A stretch of 58,758 bases of DNA, filler included, from Sphacelaria rigidula (GCA_964200075.2; 9 parts of 9 records of this genome joined end to end with filler, not necessarily neighbours in it), one strand, 5' to 3'; positions 37,712-50,662 are shown, counted from the whole stretch's first letter. Program-made: numbers and translations. The notes: generated by a model from the letters alone, not told the origin.

Positions 37712-38062
37712 TGTTGTCGTCCCATTTTTTCTGTACGTCGGTCTACACCTCGCCATATATGTGGGCGCACCAGCCGGGGTAACACAGGAGGAAGGCCAGC
37801 ACAGGAGTTCTTCATTTTTCTTGGTTTTAGCTCTCCACCTTCCTTCTGCGGTGCTTGCCTTTATTTTTTTGTCGCGAAAGGGGTTCAGCAATCCCTTTCC
37901 CTCGTCGATCGTTGAGTCGAATTTTGTGTACCCACGACATAGTCGCTCTCCACTGTTGTGCACTGTGTGATAAACATTCCTAGATCGCTCCGAGGTTCGA
38001 ACCCAACAACCCAACCTGTCAAAAGGTTTCGAGATTACCAACTGAGCCACCGGGGCGACCGG
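37712..38062 (-). mobile_element. Full-length tRNA-derived SINE (~350 bp), TSD CCCGAGTG
   Basis: 5' head with A box TGGCTCAGTTGG and B box GGTTCGAACC. Body shared with 20018-20246. CCCGAGTG at 37704-37711 and 38063-38070. Confidence 0.9.
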
Positions 38063-38829
38063 CCCGAGTGATAGCTGTCGTTGCCCCCCCGAAAACTCAT
38101 GACCCGGACGTCTTATTTAGGGGGCGCGGTGGTAAAAACGTACCCCGATGCAGCACCGTAGATAAGAGAGCCATAATGCCACATTCAGTCAAAATTCCAT
38201 CACCGGGATGAAGGGGGGTGGTACACAAAGTACTCGTTTCATGTTGTAGTGTACAACAGTTTTCAGCTGAAAAATGGGATTTTGTATGTGTTTCGTAGTC
38301 GGCGACTTTTGATAGTGTTTTCGCGTGGCATCGCTCATCCCAGAGAACGTTTGATGCCAAAATTTGGGGATGGGGAGATACTAGGCATTTACTTTACGTT
38401 CCGAAACAAAATCATCCCTGCACTCACCATTCGAACGACGAACGAGCTGACCGGGGTTCGGGGGTCCTGCGACTACCCAGCCCCAGGTTTTGACCCTTCA
38501 GTACTCTTGCTCGATTGAAGCGATCCCGATCATTCTCGTGAGAATATGAAACCTAATATCTTTTTTACCTTCTACCTATTCAGTGCGCCAGAGCCGAAAA
38601 ACTGCGTTTATTGAACCAGTAACGGTCGATAACACCCCCTGATGAACGAGATACTCACTCCGTATCACCTCGACAACATTTGAGGATTTTGTCCTGAGCA
38701 CGACCTGATTTTTTTCCCAACATCTATCGACGCTAGGACTTTCGAGTGAGGAAGAACCATACACGAGAAAACTAGAAAAACGCAAAAAAGAAAATTGCCC
38801 AACCGAGTTCTGCACGGGAGGGGGCGGGG

Positions 38830-39141
38830 GTACTCATGATATTGCATGCCATAGTCATAAGACTGTTGACCTCGCATCCCTACAAACCCGGGACGGAGCA
38901 CAGCGGGTTTTCGTCGGACCAGGCTCGCAATCGATCGCCAAGCGCGAAGCGCCGTGACGTATTCGGCGAGCCGCATGAAGGGTGTGCTTCATTCTGCTAA
39001 GATTGTTCGGCCCGAAGCGTACTGATTATCTTGCATTCGGATGACAGCCACCAATGCGTTGCTTTATTTTCTGGCATCGCCACTTCCAGAGACAGCTAGC
39101 ACGGAACGGGGGGGGGTGTACTCATGATCATGCATGCCATC
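38830..39141 (-). mobile_element. Two tandem GAGTAC-end elements (type B), second cut by contig end
   Basis: GTACTC at 38830 and 39118, each preceded by GCACGG..G-run. Body matches the reverse complement of 35735-36009 and 45395-45663. Confidence 0.85.
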
Positions 39142-39241
39142 NNNNNNNNNNNNNNNNNNNNNNNNNNNNNNNNNNNNNNNNNNNNTTAATTAATTAANNN
39201 NNNNNNNNNNNNNNNNNNNNNNNNNNNNNNNNNNNNNNNNN

Positions 39242-39309
39242 CGGTGCTCCGTCTCGAAAGGGATGCGTGGTCAATGGTCAAACGACTAAGGCAAGCAACA
39301 AATGAGTAC
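39242..39309 (+). mobile_element. GAGTAC-end element (type A), at contig start
   Basis: CGGTGCTCCGTCTCGAAAGGGATGCGTGGTCAATGGTCAAACGACTAAGGCAAGCAACAAATGAGTAC followed by GCCCCC. Confidence 0.88.
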
Positions 39310-39477
39310 GCCCCCTGTGCTTGCCGTGCATTTTGGTCTCCGGGGTTGGCTTATGGCTATCAACACTCTTGCATCGTGTGGACACTCGTCAAACGAATTC
39401 AGACAACCACTTTTGTTCACTCACGTACTCACGTTTTCGACGTTAAAAATCAGATACAACTCGAACAATTATCCATG

Positions 39478-39865
39478 CATTGGCTACCCCCCACAATCCC
39501 TCCACACGAAAATCTACCGCTCCAGAGGGAAAAAACCTCTTGAGTTGTTCAATCCATCTGGAGGGTGGATGATAACTCCCTCCACACAGTTCAAACACTG
39601 CTAGAGGAATAATAGCCCACACAAAGTTACTCTAGAGGTAGTGGGGAGATGGAGCCCTCCTAGAGGGTTTATGTGCACTTTGAAGGATCCAACACAATAT
39701 GAAATCCCTCTAGAGGTCACTGCTCCTCTAGCGGTGTTTAACCCCTGTGGAGCGGTCAATTTTGACCCCTCCACAAGAATTAAACACCTCCACGGACAAA
39801 ATTCACCCCTCCAGAGGGGTCAATATGTGGAGGGATTTTTGGGGATAGTCAAATGGCCGCGTGTG
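39478..39865. mobile_element. Non-autonomous TIR element related to 29473-29908
   Basis: Right end GGGGATAGTCAAATGGCCGCGTGTG, left remnant CATTGGCTACCCCCCA, and many CCTCYAGAGG motifs inside. Confidence 0.7.
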
Positions 39866-41133
39866 TTGCATCGATAACCGAACCCACGTTCTCTCCATGT
39901 GACTTATCAGACCCCTATCCCCCACGAGACAGCTGTTGATTTGGAGCATGACCTTGGTTCCTTTCACTACTCTTCTAATTATATATACATATATTCTCGT
40001 TTATTTTCTTTCTTCGCCATGCGTTCACAACGCAGCCCAATATGTGGACTTTTTTTCTTGCTGTAGTATGTGGACTTTTTCTCGCACGAATGAATTGAGG
40101 CGTTTTCGAAAACAACAAAACCGTTGATCGGATCTTCACTCAGCCTCCGGTCTGAGAAACTCAAAGGTGGCGCCGAGGAAACGAAAAAAGAGGGGATTTC
40201 AATATGTCTGGAGTAAAATTATAGTGTGGAACAACGCGCTTCACACGTTGAACGAGTTATGACACCTGGTGGTTTCTATCCTTCGACTTATTTGAAAAAA
40301 AATGACAAAGCATCACGACGGGAATAACACGAGTCATTCTGAACAACAACGAGTGATCGAGTCATGCGAGTCATTGAGGAGAATGAGAGATTCGATTGTG
40401 GCGGGCTATTTCCGAAAATGAGGAAACGTCTGACCCAAGTCGAACCAGCCACTCCGAACGGACCAGTCTGGACTCGTGACTCGAGTCGTACGAGTCATGG
40501 AATATCCAGTCCAATAGAAGAAGTGCCCACGAGTCCGGGTCGCACGAGCAAGATTCAGACTCGCTCGAAGTGTTCGAGATTCGTAGTCTTACCCCTCCGC
40601 TGTGAGTGTGTTCGCACACAAGATGTGTTATTGGGATGCATGTAGTACGCGCAGAAGAAATATGCACCTGAACGGGGACTGACTGCACATATCCTCGCCA
40701 CACACCGTTTGACGTTGCATTTCCTTACTTCCTTCCTATGATGATGTATGAGTGCAGACGCTTCGTTTGATCTGGTACATGAAGTCGCCGTTGCTGCTGC
40801 TCCTGCTGCTATTGTTGTTGTTCTTCTTCTTATGGCCCACGCCCTTTTTAGAGTCATTGATTGTTGTTTACGGTTTACTCTTGTGAGTGTACCGCAATAA
40901 ATCGCACGTCAAACCTGTTGACAGAAGTTCTACGTACCACACGTAAACCGCCCTGCTTTCCCCTGAAGGGATGTCATGAAGTGTTATCCATTTTGAGTAT
41001 ACAAAGGCATAATCAAGCGCATCCAAGTCGTATCTCTGTCTTAGAAGAAGGTCCCTGGTCCATGCTTCTGCCCCCTCCCCACCCCGCGCGCGCCCTCTCC
41101 TCCTCCTCCTTCGCACAAAAACACAAACAAAAG

Positions 41134-41593
41134 GTGGGAGAAAGGCGACGGACGCCTCCTGCCAGAGTTCCAATGCTACCGCGACCTGTACGAGCACAAG
41201 CTGCGCCAGCAAGAGGCCCTCAGCAAACAGCTCCGGCGCCAGCAGCGGAACATCAAAGAAAGCGAGGGGGATAGCACCACGCAGCGCAAGATGTTCGCGG
41301 GCCTGCACACCCTCCTCAAGTGCAAGCTCGAGATTACCGTGCGCGCAGCCTCCGGCAGTGGCATCGGCGGGAGTATAGACGGGTTGAGCGGTGCAGGAAC
41401 GGGCGGCGGCGATGTCTTCGGCAGCGGCGGTCTCGGAGGTCGGGCTCGAGGTGGCGGCGGGGCAGGGGGGGGCGCAGGCGGTAAAAGATTCATCGGGAAT
41501 AGTGGAGGGATTGACGAGGCGTATCTAAAGGCGATTGATGCGCAGAGTGGGCGTGGTGGTGGTGCGCCTGATATTATGACCCTTGAAGACTGA
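41134..41593 (+). CDS. IFT81: Intraflagellar transport protein 81, terminal exon
   Basis: After an AAG acceptor it reads 'WEKGDGRLLPEFQCYRDLYEHKLRQQEALSKQLRRQQRNIKESEGDSTTQRKMFAGLHTLLKCKLE...DIMTLED*'. This matches the IFT81 C-terminal pattern Y...QE.L.K.LR..Q..I.E......Q..M...L..L..CK as I recall it. Codons are GC3-rich. Confidence 0.8.
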
Positions 41594-42324
41594 GATTGAA
41601 TCGTCCGAACGGTCGGTCGATCGGTCGGTCGATGTTGTTTCTGGTGGTGGTGGTTGGTGGTGGTCGCAATCGTGCTGTGTCCCCGAGCACCAGGAGGCAG
41701 AAGCGAGAAAGAAGATAAGACTTCATTAAACAAGATACATATTTTTTGTGCGTGCATAAGTAACTTCAATCTGAGTGATATATTTTTTCGTCACTCCCGT
41801 GATATGTCATGCACATACACGCACATATGTATATATATATATATGCACCATGGGTACGTACGTCTATCTAGTGTATAATGACTACTGTACTGCTGGGTCC
41901 CTCGCGGATCAGTCAATGCGCGACAATCAAACAAATGTATACTATGTCGTATATATTAGGAGCACCTGATTCTTTGGCAGGAAAAAGGCACCTCGTTTAA
42001 CGAAATTGATTATATGCTTCAAGGGCGCGTGCGTCTGGTCGTCGTAGTACGTTGGATGACACGATTTGGAACACATACGATCATCGAATTCGGCTGAATA
42101 ACGACCAATGGGAGCTGTCAATGGATGAAAGTCGGTCGAGTTGTTGGCAGGTGTGACAGCTGATCGAATCGTCAAAGACCGTCGTATCTGCCATGCTCTT
42201 TCATGGTTTGGATGATGCCGAGTGTATGTCCATGTAGTCTGCGTTGTCGACAACGTGTCCCCTTGGACGCTGTTGTGCTTCCCTGTCAGACAGCAAAACT
42301 GTATGAAAGTGGATCGTGGGAAAC

Positions 42325-43482
42325 AGGATCGATCTCAAAAGTGAGGTTCAAGTGACATATCTTTTTTTCACGGATGACGCGAAACAGTAACACAGCGCGA
42401 AGCTATATTCCCCCCCAAAACTCTGCAACTGTGAATGAGTTGTGGCTAGGCGCACCGAACGAATGCGGTGTACACGTGTGTCGATGACGATACCACCAGA
42501 GAGAGAAGCAACGACAGAGAGGAAGCTCCTCACCCATGTCCTTTGTGTGTCCTCGCTCGGCGACTACCAATCGCTCGAGAGACTGGCATCATGCATGTTA
42601 CCAGCATCTACCGAATTTCTCATAATATGCCGTTATTATATTGCTGCGCACAACCCCCCAAAGAACATCGAGCTGCGGAAAGATTTCGTCTCTTCTTGTC
42701 TCTGGAGCTCACCAATGCAAAAATCGATTTCTCTCTGCCTCTCTTTTTGGACAGGACGCGCCTCTGTGCGCTGAAAAATATGTCGTTGAAAAACAGGGCA
42801 ATGTTCCCGTCACCGCTACTGTTCCCTGCCACACACATGCCAGCAAGGACGGCGCGCTGCGGCAAAATTAACAGATCCAATTTGAACTTGGGGGGTGTTA
42901 TTCATCGTTGATTTTACCCGACATGACATATGTGACCATCCAGGTGCCCGACCACAAGAGCCTGCCAGAGGCCAGTTGGGGGGGGGGGGGCTGAGAGATC
43001 AAACACTTGTGGAGACTTTCTTGACATGCCGAATGAAAAAAGTGCACCGGAGACCGTCCGACAAAGCGGCTGCGACCCCACTATTGAGCTCGTTTGCAGA
43101 AATTCCGCACACATGAGAGGCGTGTAGCAGTCCAAAACCAGCTATAACGCCCAAATGATTCGCGTCGTGCAGCATAATACCAGCTCTCACGGCATTTATG
43201 ATCATCACCTCCGTGCACCTTTTTTGGCCGGTTCGGGGGGGGGGGCTATCTCGGCAGCAGTCGATGGTGACCTAACTGTTGCTAGCGTGGTGCAGAGGGG
43301 TGCGTCAATGATGCAATCTAGAGCTTTCGTTGCTCTACTCTACTGACTCCCGTCTACAGAGAATCTGCAGAGAGGTCACACACGGTAACAACATGTTACG
43401 TACCGAATTTTGGAACAGCTATATAGAAACAAAACAATTCGATTTTCTAAACTACGTCCACATCATTGAAATGACTCTTGTC
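42325..43482 (-). repeat. Interspersed repeat R1 with nested MITE A
   Basis: Reverse complement of 9925-10850, interrupted at ~43035-43262. Confidence 0.9.
43035..43262 (-). mobile_element. MITE family A, one TIR lost
   Basis: Ends GGGGGCTATCTCGGCAGCAGTC and the body matches 21392-21640. Absent from the R1 copy at ~10140. Confidence 0.88.
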
Positions 43483-45021
43483 ACATGAGGAAAAATGACC
43501 GCTTTGGGTCCGTCCGAACGTTCGGAGATACTGTCGAACAGCACCACCAAACTTTCTGGCATTGACATCCGCTAATCAGTACAGAACCGAACAGAAATCG
43601 ACACTTTAACGTTCTTATTAGAAAACAACAGGCATAAAACGGTTGGTAGGTAGGAAAACGGGATTTTCGTACAGGAGAAACTCTGTGTTCCCCCGTGGGT
43701 GTTACATGTACTCGCAATAACTCTGTCGTTGTTCTTTCATACCTGGCGGGGGAACGGGGAAGCCAACAAGTTCTTCATCTGCCTCGCCCCTTGAAGAAGG
43801 TGCGATTTGCGGTTGAATCACTTGAACTGCATCTCAAGGAGGACTCCGCATACATCTGATACTCAGATCCTCAAGAGGTATAGTTTGACCGCAAAAAACA
43901 ACACTCTAGTCCTCCCTATTTCAGCCCACACGTAGGTACAGCAAATTGGAGCTGTCCGTGCTAGGCCCAAACTACTCAAATATTAATCTCCACGCAAAGG
44001 CAAGGGGCCCACACTTCACGCCGAGCATGTACACCAACTTTCGCGAAAAACGAACAGGGTTTCACGGCCGAGAAGCGCCGCGAGAATCAAGCGCCTTGCA
44101 AAGTATCCTATTTTGTCCGACAATGGGGGTAGGTGTACCCAGCAAACACTACTACTGTAATTTTGTTTTCTTGTACCCTAATTCTGTCTTTTGCTATCTC
44201 ATGTTATGTCCAGAGTATACGAGCTGGTTCATGCTTTTCACCCAAAAGACACTCATCGGCAAAACCTCACGCCGTTTTAAGCAGTTAAACCCTGAAATTT
44301 TTCACACATGTTCTGTGGGTCATTACGCAGCTTTCGAAGATCGATTTTTTTCACCGCTTTTTGGGGGTCCCAGTTTGGGGGGGGGAACTTCGATGCAGTC
44401 GGGCCCCCGTAAAACGGTAAACAAATTAAGTAAAAAACCTCGTTCATCCAAAGTTGCGAAATGACTCAGCATAGTTGTTGAAAAAAATCAGGGTCTAACT
44501 CTTCAAAACGGCGTGAGGGTTCTCGCGTTTGTGCAATGAACTTTGCCGTGCCACGGTGAAGCCGCAAACTGCTTGATTTTAGTACGAAAATGGCGTTTTC
44601 GGGACTGCTCTGACGTGAACATATTCGACCCCGTTGTAACCGTTTTCAAATCTGTTTTTCCCGTCAGATTCTCGAGCTGATGGCGGTTACAACGATTTAA
44701 AGCATGTGATTCGATGAAAATTGAGCTTCGAATTTTTTCTTCAATTTCAGAACAATTTGAAGGGCGCTGATTGGTCGAAGTACCAATTCGCCCTTGGCGC
44801 TACCAGCATGCCGCTGAACACAAATCCGGCTTTGTCACGCTCTTCAGCTGTTGATGGTGGTCAGTATGATATCATCATATGTGACTATTGGGCAGGTATT
44901 CCGCAAGACATTTGCTGATGACACAATTCTGGGCTGAAACAGGGGGGACTAGACCCACTTTTGTGGTTTGCCCCCCCAAAAGGTCCCGCACACCAACGTA
45001 CCCCTCCTCCCCATTCCCCCC

Positions 45022-45663
45022 CTCCGCCTCGAAAGGGATGCGTGGCCAATGGTTGAACGACTAAGGCATGTACCGAATGAGTACCCCCCCTCCCCCCCCC
45101 CCTGGTCCGGCAAGAACCCGGCGCGCTCCGTCCTGGCTTTGTAGGGGCGGATCCCCGATGGTGTTGGCGTCGCGTGGCGATGACGCTGTGGAACACGCCA
45201 CTCACTGCGTAAGCTAGGCAACCAGGTCACCGATGTTTTTTTGCGCCTGCGTTGTTTTTGCAGTATCCACGGTGGTGGTCGAGCTAGATCATGTTGTGCG
45301 GCGTGGGAGAACCTCATTTCCGCATAGTGAGGATGATCGTACTACGTACTGTAGTGTGTAAATGGTGAGACACCCATGAGGCATTGTGTTAGCCGTGGCT
45401 GTCTCTGGAAATGGCGATACCAGAAAATGAGGCTTCTATTTGTAGACTGACATCTAAATGCAAGATAATCCGTAGGCTTTGGGCCGGACAATCTCAGCAG
45501 GATGCAGCTCACCCTTCATGCGACTCGCCGAACACACCACGGCGCTTCGCTTTTGGTGATTGATTGCGAGCCTGGTCCGGCGGAAACTCGGCGTGCTCCG
45601 TCCCGGCTTAGTAGGGATGCGAGGTCAATGGTCATATGAATATGGCATGCGTAATGATGAGTA
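45022..45663 (+). mobile_element. Stack of GAGTAC-end elements (A truncated, then B ~560 bp) in a C-tract
   Basis: GAGTAC at 45079-45084 followed by a C-run. The B body matches 35525-36009 and ends GAGTA at 45659-45663. Confidence 0.85.
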
Positions 45664-46502
45664 AAACGCGATGGCCCGGGNNNNNNNNNNNNNNNNNNNN
45701 NNNNNNNNNNNNNNNNNNNNNNNNTTAATTAATTAANNNNNNNNNNNNNNNNNNNNNNNNNNNNNNNNNNNNNNNNNNNNTTGTAGATCCGTCTTGATGT
45801 ACACGTACAACACGTGCCTCCCGAAATGTCAGTGGGCATCGAACGAGGCAAACGCGCTAGTGCCACCCCCGGTAGTGCAATCGTACTTGAGCTATTTCCA
45901 CTGCAAACGGAACTGCGTGACGTAGTGGGCGCCCACCCAGACGACTTACACAACCGAGATCAAGGAGTACTCTACGCCAAAAGAGAGAGTCTCGGACGCG
46001 TCGCGGGGAACGCCAACGACTGCGTCGACGGCATGTGCATGTAGTACTGCGCGTGTACATGTCGTGGTCTGTTCGCATTATGATGCTTCGTCACTAATGG
46101 GGGTGGTGGGTGAATTTAAGAATGTGTTCGGTTTTAGATTGGCGGGTCTGCTCAAAAGTAGTATGGAACTGGTTCAATGGTACAGGCAGGTATACGCCGG
46201 CCGGAAATGAACTATATTTCTGGTACATTCATTCACGCAAAGCGTATATCCACCTATATAGCTGGATCCTTATTTCCACTGAGACCTTTTATCATGACCG
46301 ATCCCGCGTTGTTTTTTTCTAATTCGGGAGCCCACATTTTTTTAATCAGCTGCCCATTACGGATGTTTTCAAACAAAGTGGGTTCGGGTTACGAGCAAAA
46401 CCAGAGCCAAGTTTTTGAATTTGAGAGCGCCACCTCTACAAACCCGCTCAGCGGGCAGGTGAACAGCACGCACATAGTTCACATGAACACAGCTACACGC
46501 AT

Positions 46503-46553
46503 AGAAGGTCAGAAGGTTTCGAGGTTACAAACTGAGCCACCGGGGCGACCGGC
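46503..46553 (-). mobile_element. tRNA-derived SINE head with a different body
   Basis: AAGGTTTCGAGGTTACAAACTGAGCCACCGGGGCGACCGGC matches 38023-38063, but the adjacent sequence does not match the 37712 body. Confidence 0.75.
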
Positions 46554-46804
46554 ATACAGCAGAGACAAACACAAAGAGGACCGACGGAGTATCGAAGTCC
46601 AGCCAGCACGAGTCAATACGGTGTTTGCGGAGACCAAATTCGGGTCAGGACTTGGACTTTGTAATTCCCCCGAAGTCCAAAGTCAGCCCAACGTGCGATG
46701 GTTGCGTTTCGCTCGGGTTGGACTTTCAATAGGAGATACTATGGGCCGACCAATGTGCGGAAATAATAATAATAATTGACCAACAGGCGTGACGTGTAGC
46801 GTGT

Positions 46805-47020
46805 AACCGTCCTCCCGACAACGCATACCACACCAGCCACCTCGCTGCTCTCGCGAATACCAGAGCACACGCCCAGAACATGGCGAATCAACGGGGGATG
46901 GTGTGGCAGTGGTGTTCTTTTGAGGTCAGCACAGCAACATATGCCCAAAGAAACAGTATTTTGAGCACAACTTGACACAGAGAGCGATTGACGTGACGTG
47001 TATCCGCTTGGCACAGAAGT
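46805..47020 (-). repeat. Fragment of repeat R2 (distal part)
   Basis: Reverse complement of ~49548-49765, sharing TGTGTCAAGTTGTGCTCAA and GATACACGTCACGT. Confidence 0.8.
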
Positions 47021-47479
47021 TGTTGCAAACCAGGAGAATCATTTTGATAACAAGTCATAAATCATATGGGCACAAACGACGTACTTTTTATTTGTGGCCT
47101 GTCTTTGCCGCCTGCCTGACCCCTCTTGTGTTGACCAACATAGCTTCACACTGCAGTGTTGTGCAAGATTAAGCAGAGACACTAGTAGCGTGCAGTAGAC
47201 TGTGTTCAGTGCAGAACGATGCACGCTCACTGTTTCTTGCTGCTGAGTCCACCGAAGATATACATCTGACACTGACTTTGTCCGCACTTGAGTCCGGGTG
47301 GGAGTAAACTCGTGAGGGTTTCTCCTGTACTATTTTCTCTATATTCGCGGAGCATCCAGGTAAACTCCACGTAGGTGAATAACAGACAGTAGGTCGTAGC
47401 GTAAAGTGTATTACCCGTGTTTAGTCCCAAGCCAAGTATGATTTCTCCAAGGGGCGGTAAGTACTTTGGTCCCACCTCA

Positions 47480-48030
47480 ACTCTGTCCAGACCGAAACAC
47501 CGCACGCAGCACTACAACTGTCCAGGAACTCTCCAGTGCACATCGCACCGTGATCATCATGAACTGTTTAGATGCGCGACAGCACAGCGACAACTACAGC
47601 ACATAAATTGTGGGTTTGGGAAGCAGCTTGTTCGTTTGACTCGAGACGAAACAGCCAACACACCATGAAGGTGTCAACAGAGTCTATTGTAGAGAACACT
47701 GCGTGTTGACAGCATTATTTTTCGAAGAGACGAACGCCACGACAGTAATGAAGCAACTCTCGCTGCCCGTCGCAACGGAGACCAAACCGTCTTCAAAAAG
47801 ACCTGGAGACACCCCAACGCAGCGACTGCTAGAGCACAAGAGACAGCGCATGAGTGTGTCTGTTCTGCAGCATAGTGATACAGGACATATCCCATGCGAT
47901 AGGTCTTCCCCTGATTTCGGATGGGCTAGATTTTGGCCGAGTGGCGGTTTGAAAACGCAGCGCTATATTTGCGCTTCGCGCGAAAATAATTTATGTTCAC
48001 TTTGGGTTATCCCCATCTTTCGGAGGTGAG
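47480..48030 (+). repeat. Partial copy of repeat R2
   Basis: Colinear with 17920-18905 (minus the insertion) and 48950-49500. Confidence 0.8.
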
Positions 48031-48784
48031 CCCATAATTAGCTGACTGGAGCACATCCAACAGACAACAGTGTACAACAGTAGTACTGACTGTACACAAC
48101 AGCGATTAGCACAAACAACGTAATTGCGCAGTGTCAAGTTTTGGACCCCCAACGCGCTTAGAGAGGCATGCGGCTACGCATCGAGTTTGCTGACTACTTC
48201 TGAGACTTGAGCAACTCCCGAGGTCACGGCCTTGAAAAACGACACACCCTGGCCAACGGTCTACATCGGAAGAACAGTGTACCGCGTACCGGAGAAACAG
48301 TTTTTCCGCTCCTGTACTGTACGCAGTACACTTCTATTCATGTTGTCTACTGTTATCGAGGGTGCGCCATGACCTTGTGACATGCTTTCCTTCGCCGGCT
48401 TTTGGGGGCCATTACAGCAGATCCGCGCCGCTTTCTGCTCTCGGCATAGCTTCAAGCGTCACTCGCAATGCACCTACCAACTCTTCAACACCGTCCAGCA
48501 CAACGGGGGACGCACTGCTCGGGAGGCCGACCTTGGGCAACACTGCCTGTCCAACGTGTTCAGAAAGCAGTGATCGACCTCTGCCCGACTGTCCGAAAAA
48601 TTGTCTCACCCTGCACCTCCCACAGATGAGGATGACTCGAGGTGGGGTACAAGATTTTGGCGCGAAGCGCGATCATCGCCGCGCGTTTAAACATCGGCAC
48701 TCGTCAGTAAAGGAGGACCCGTCTGAAATAAGGTAGAGAATGGGGCATCAAGGCAGTTTGCTGCTACCATCAACCGCTTGGGAT

Positions 48785-49765
48785 ACAGCAGCTCCGTGCT
48801 GGCTCAGTTTGATTGCCCCAACCTGCACGCGTCCACCTTGCGTGTCATTCTGATCACAGCACCTGACTACAACTGAACTACCAAAGACCAGCTGCACAGT
48901 CGTCCCGTACGTGATAATTTCAACTTTATGAACAGCACCTTGATCCCACCCAAATTCTGTGCAAACCGAAACACGGCACACAGCAGTACAACTGTTCAGG
49001 CCGTCTCCAGCGCACATCACGCCATGTTCATCGTGGAGTGCTTGAATGCACAACAGTATAGCGACAACTAAATACAGCATAAAAATGACGGGTGTGGGAA
49101 GCACCTTCTTCGTTTGACGTGAGACGAAACAGTCAACAACGACAACAGTAGTGTATACAGCACTGCCTGCCGAAAAACAAAATTTCGCTGATTTTCTGTC
49201 AAGACTAATGCAGTGACAGTCAGGCAACCGACGCACTCCCAGCGGAGATCAAACCGTCTTCCCAAAGGTCCGAACACACCACAGCACAAGTGACAGCTAC
49301 AGCACATGAGAGAGCGCGTGAGTATGTTTGTGCTGCAGCACGGTGAAACAGCACATGTCCAATGTGATAGGTCTTCCCCTCATTTCAGATGGATCCTCAA
49401 TTTTTGCCGAGGGCCGATTTTCAAACACCCGGCCATGATCGTAGTTTGCGCGAAAACCTTTCAATTCACCTCGACTCAGCCCTATCTGTTGGAGGTGAAC
49501 CGAAAAACGTGTCCTGCTGTATCCCATGTTTCCTTCCTTCTTCTCTGAACTTCCATGCAAGCCGGATACACGTCACGTTTGTCTCATGTTGTTCGTGCTA
49601 CTCGCTGTCTGTGTCAAGTTGTGCTCAACACTCTTTCTTTGTGCATATGCTGCTGTGCTGACTTCATGTGAACACCAATGTTACACCAAGCGTCTTCGGC
49701 GTATGGTGTGGTGTACGCCCTACGCGCGATGATAGAGCTGGTGTGGTATGTGCCGGGAAGACGGA
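48785..49765 (+). repeat. Repeat R2, longest uninterrupted copy
   Basis: Colinear with 17742-18905. Confidence 0.88.
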
Positions 49766-50550
49766 GAACCCTTCGGGTCTGTCGACCAATAGTATGAACA
49801 TCTCAAAGACCAAACCGAGGGAAGATCAAAAGCATCTTTTTGCTACGGACTTTGGGGGAAAATTTGCTTCCCGAAACACCGTACTGGTGAAGATCGAGAG
49901 GACTTGAGATTGTTGGCCAATAGGAAAGACCGAGCCCAACCTGGCCCAACACACATATTTGGTCTTCACATCGCCATAGCCGATGGGCTCTTTAAAAGCT
50001 AGTTGTTTAACCGAAGTAGAGTGACAGTTGCATCTTGCTCTGAACTTCACGACCAAACCCGAGTATCATCCGCGCAAACACCCCCATGTTGACCACGACG
50101 GAAAACACCCACTTTGATCTTTCATCATCCAGCTGGTGCCGTGGATGAGAATTTTTTTCTCGAGATGATGGGCACAAAACATACTGTAAGATATAGACTT
50201 TACGGTAAACCGGTAGTACAATGAAGTGCCGGGGTGTTGCAGCAGGCAAGAGTATTTATTCACAATACAGGCCGTGGATTTTGCGAACAGTACGACATTA
50301 CAAGTATAGACTATGCTTCGCAAACACGACACAGCTGTAGCCTGTACTTGTTATTTTGTACTACTCCATTTCCGAGTACAGGCTGTACTCTGCCAGGTTA
50401 CAAGCACGGGCTGTACTCGCGAGCACAGTAGGTAGCTGTGCTTTGCCAATACAGTACAGTACTATACCGTCTTCACTGTAGGGTTCGAGGTCACATTCAG
50501 ATCTACGTCAATGGCAGTGGATGCAGATGCAGAGGATATGACTACTGACT

Positions 50551-50662
50551 ACTGCCTGCACTACGGTACTACACGTGAAGGCTTCACTCTGTTTACTGTG
50601 TGTGTGTTACTGCTGTGTACTGCCTGCACTCCGGTACTACGCGTGAAGGCTTCACCCTGTTT
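50551..50662. repeat. 44-bp direct repeat, two copies
   Basis: ACTGCCTGCACT.CGGTACTAC.CGTGAAGGCTTCAC.CTGTTT at 50551 and 50619. Confidence 0.85.

Noticed and set aside
37985..38062. Functional tRNA gene (also 18553-18625)
   Set aside because: A and B boxes are present but there is no convincing cloverleaf. It is joined to a repeated body and flanked by a TSD, so it is a SINE head.
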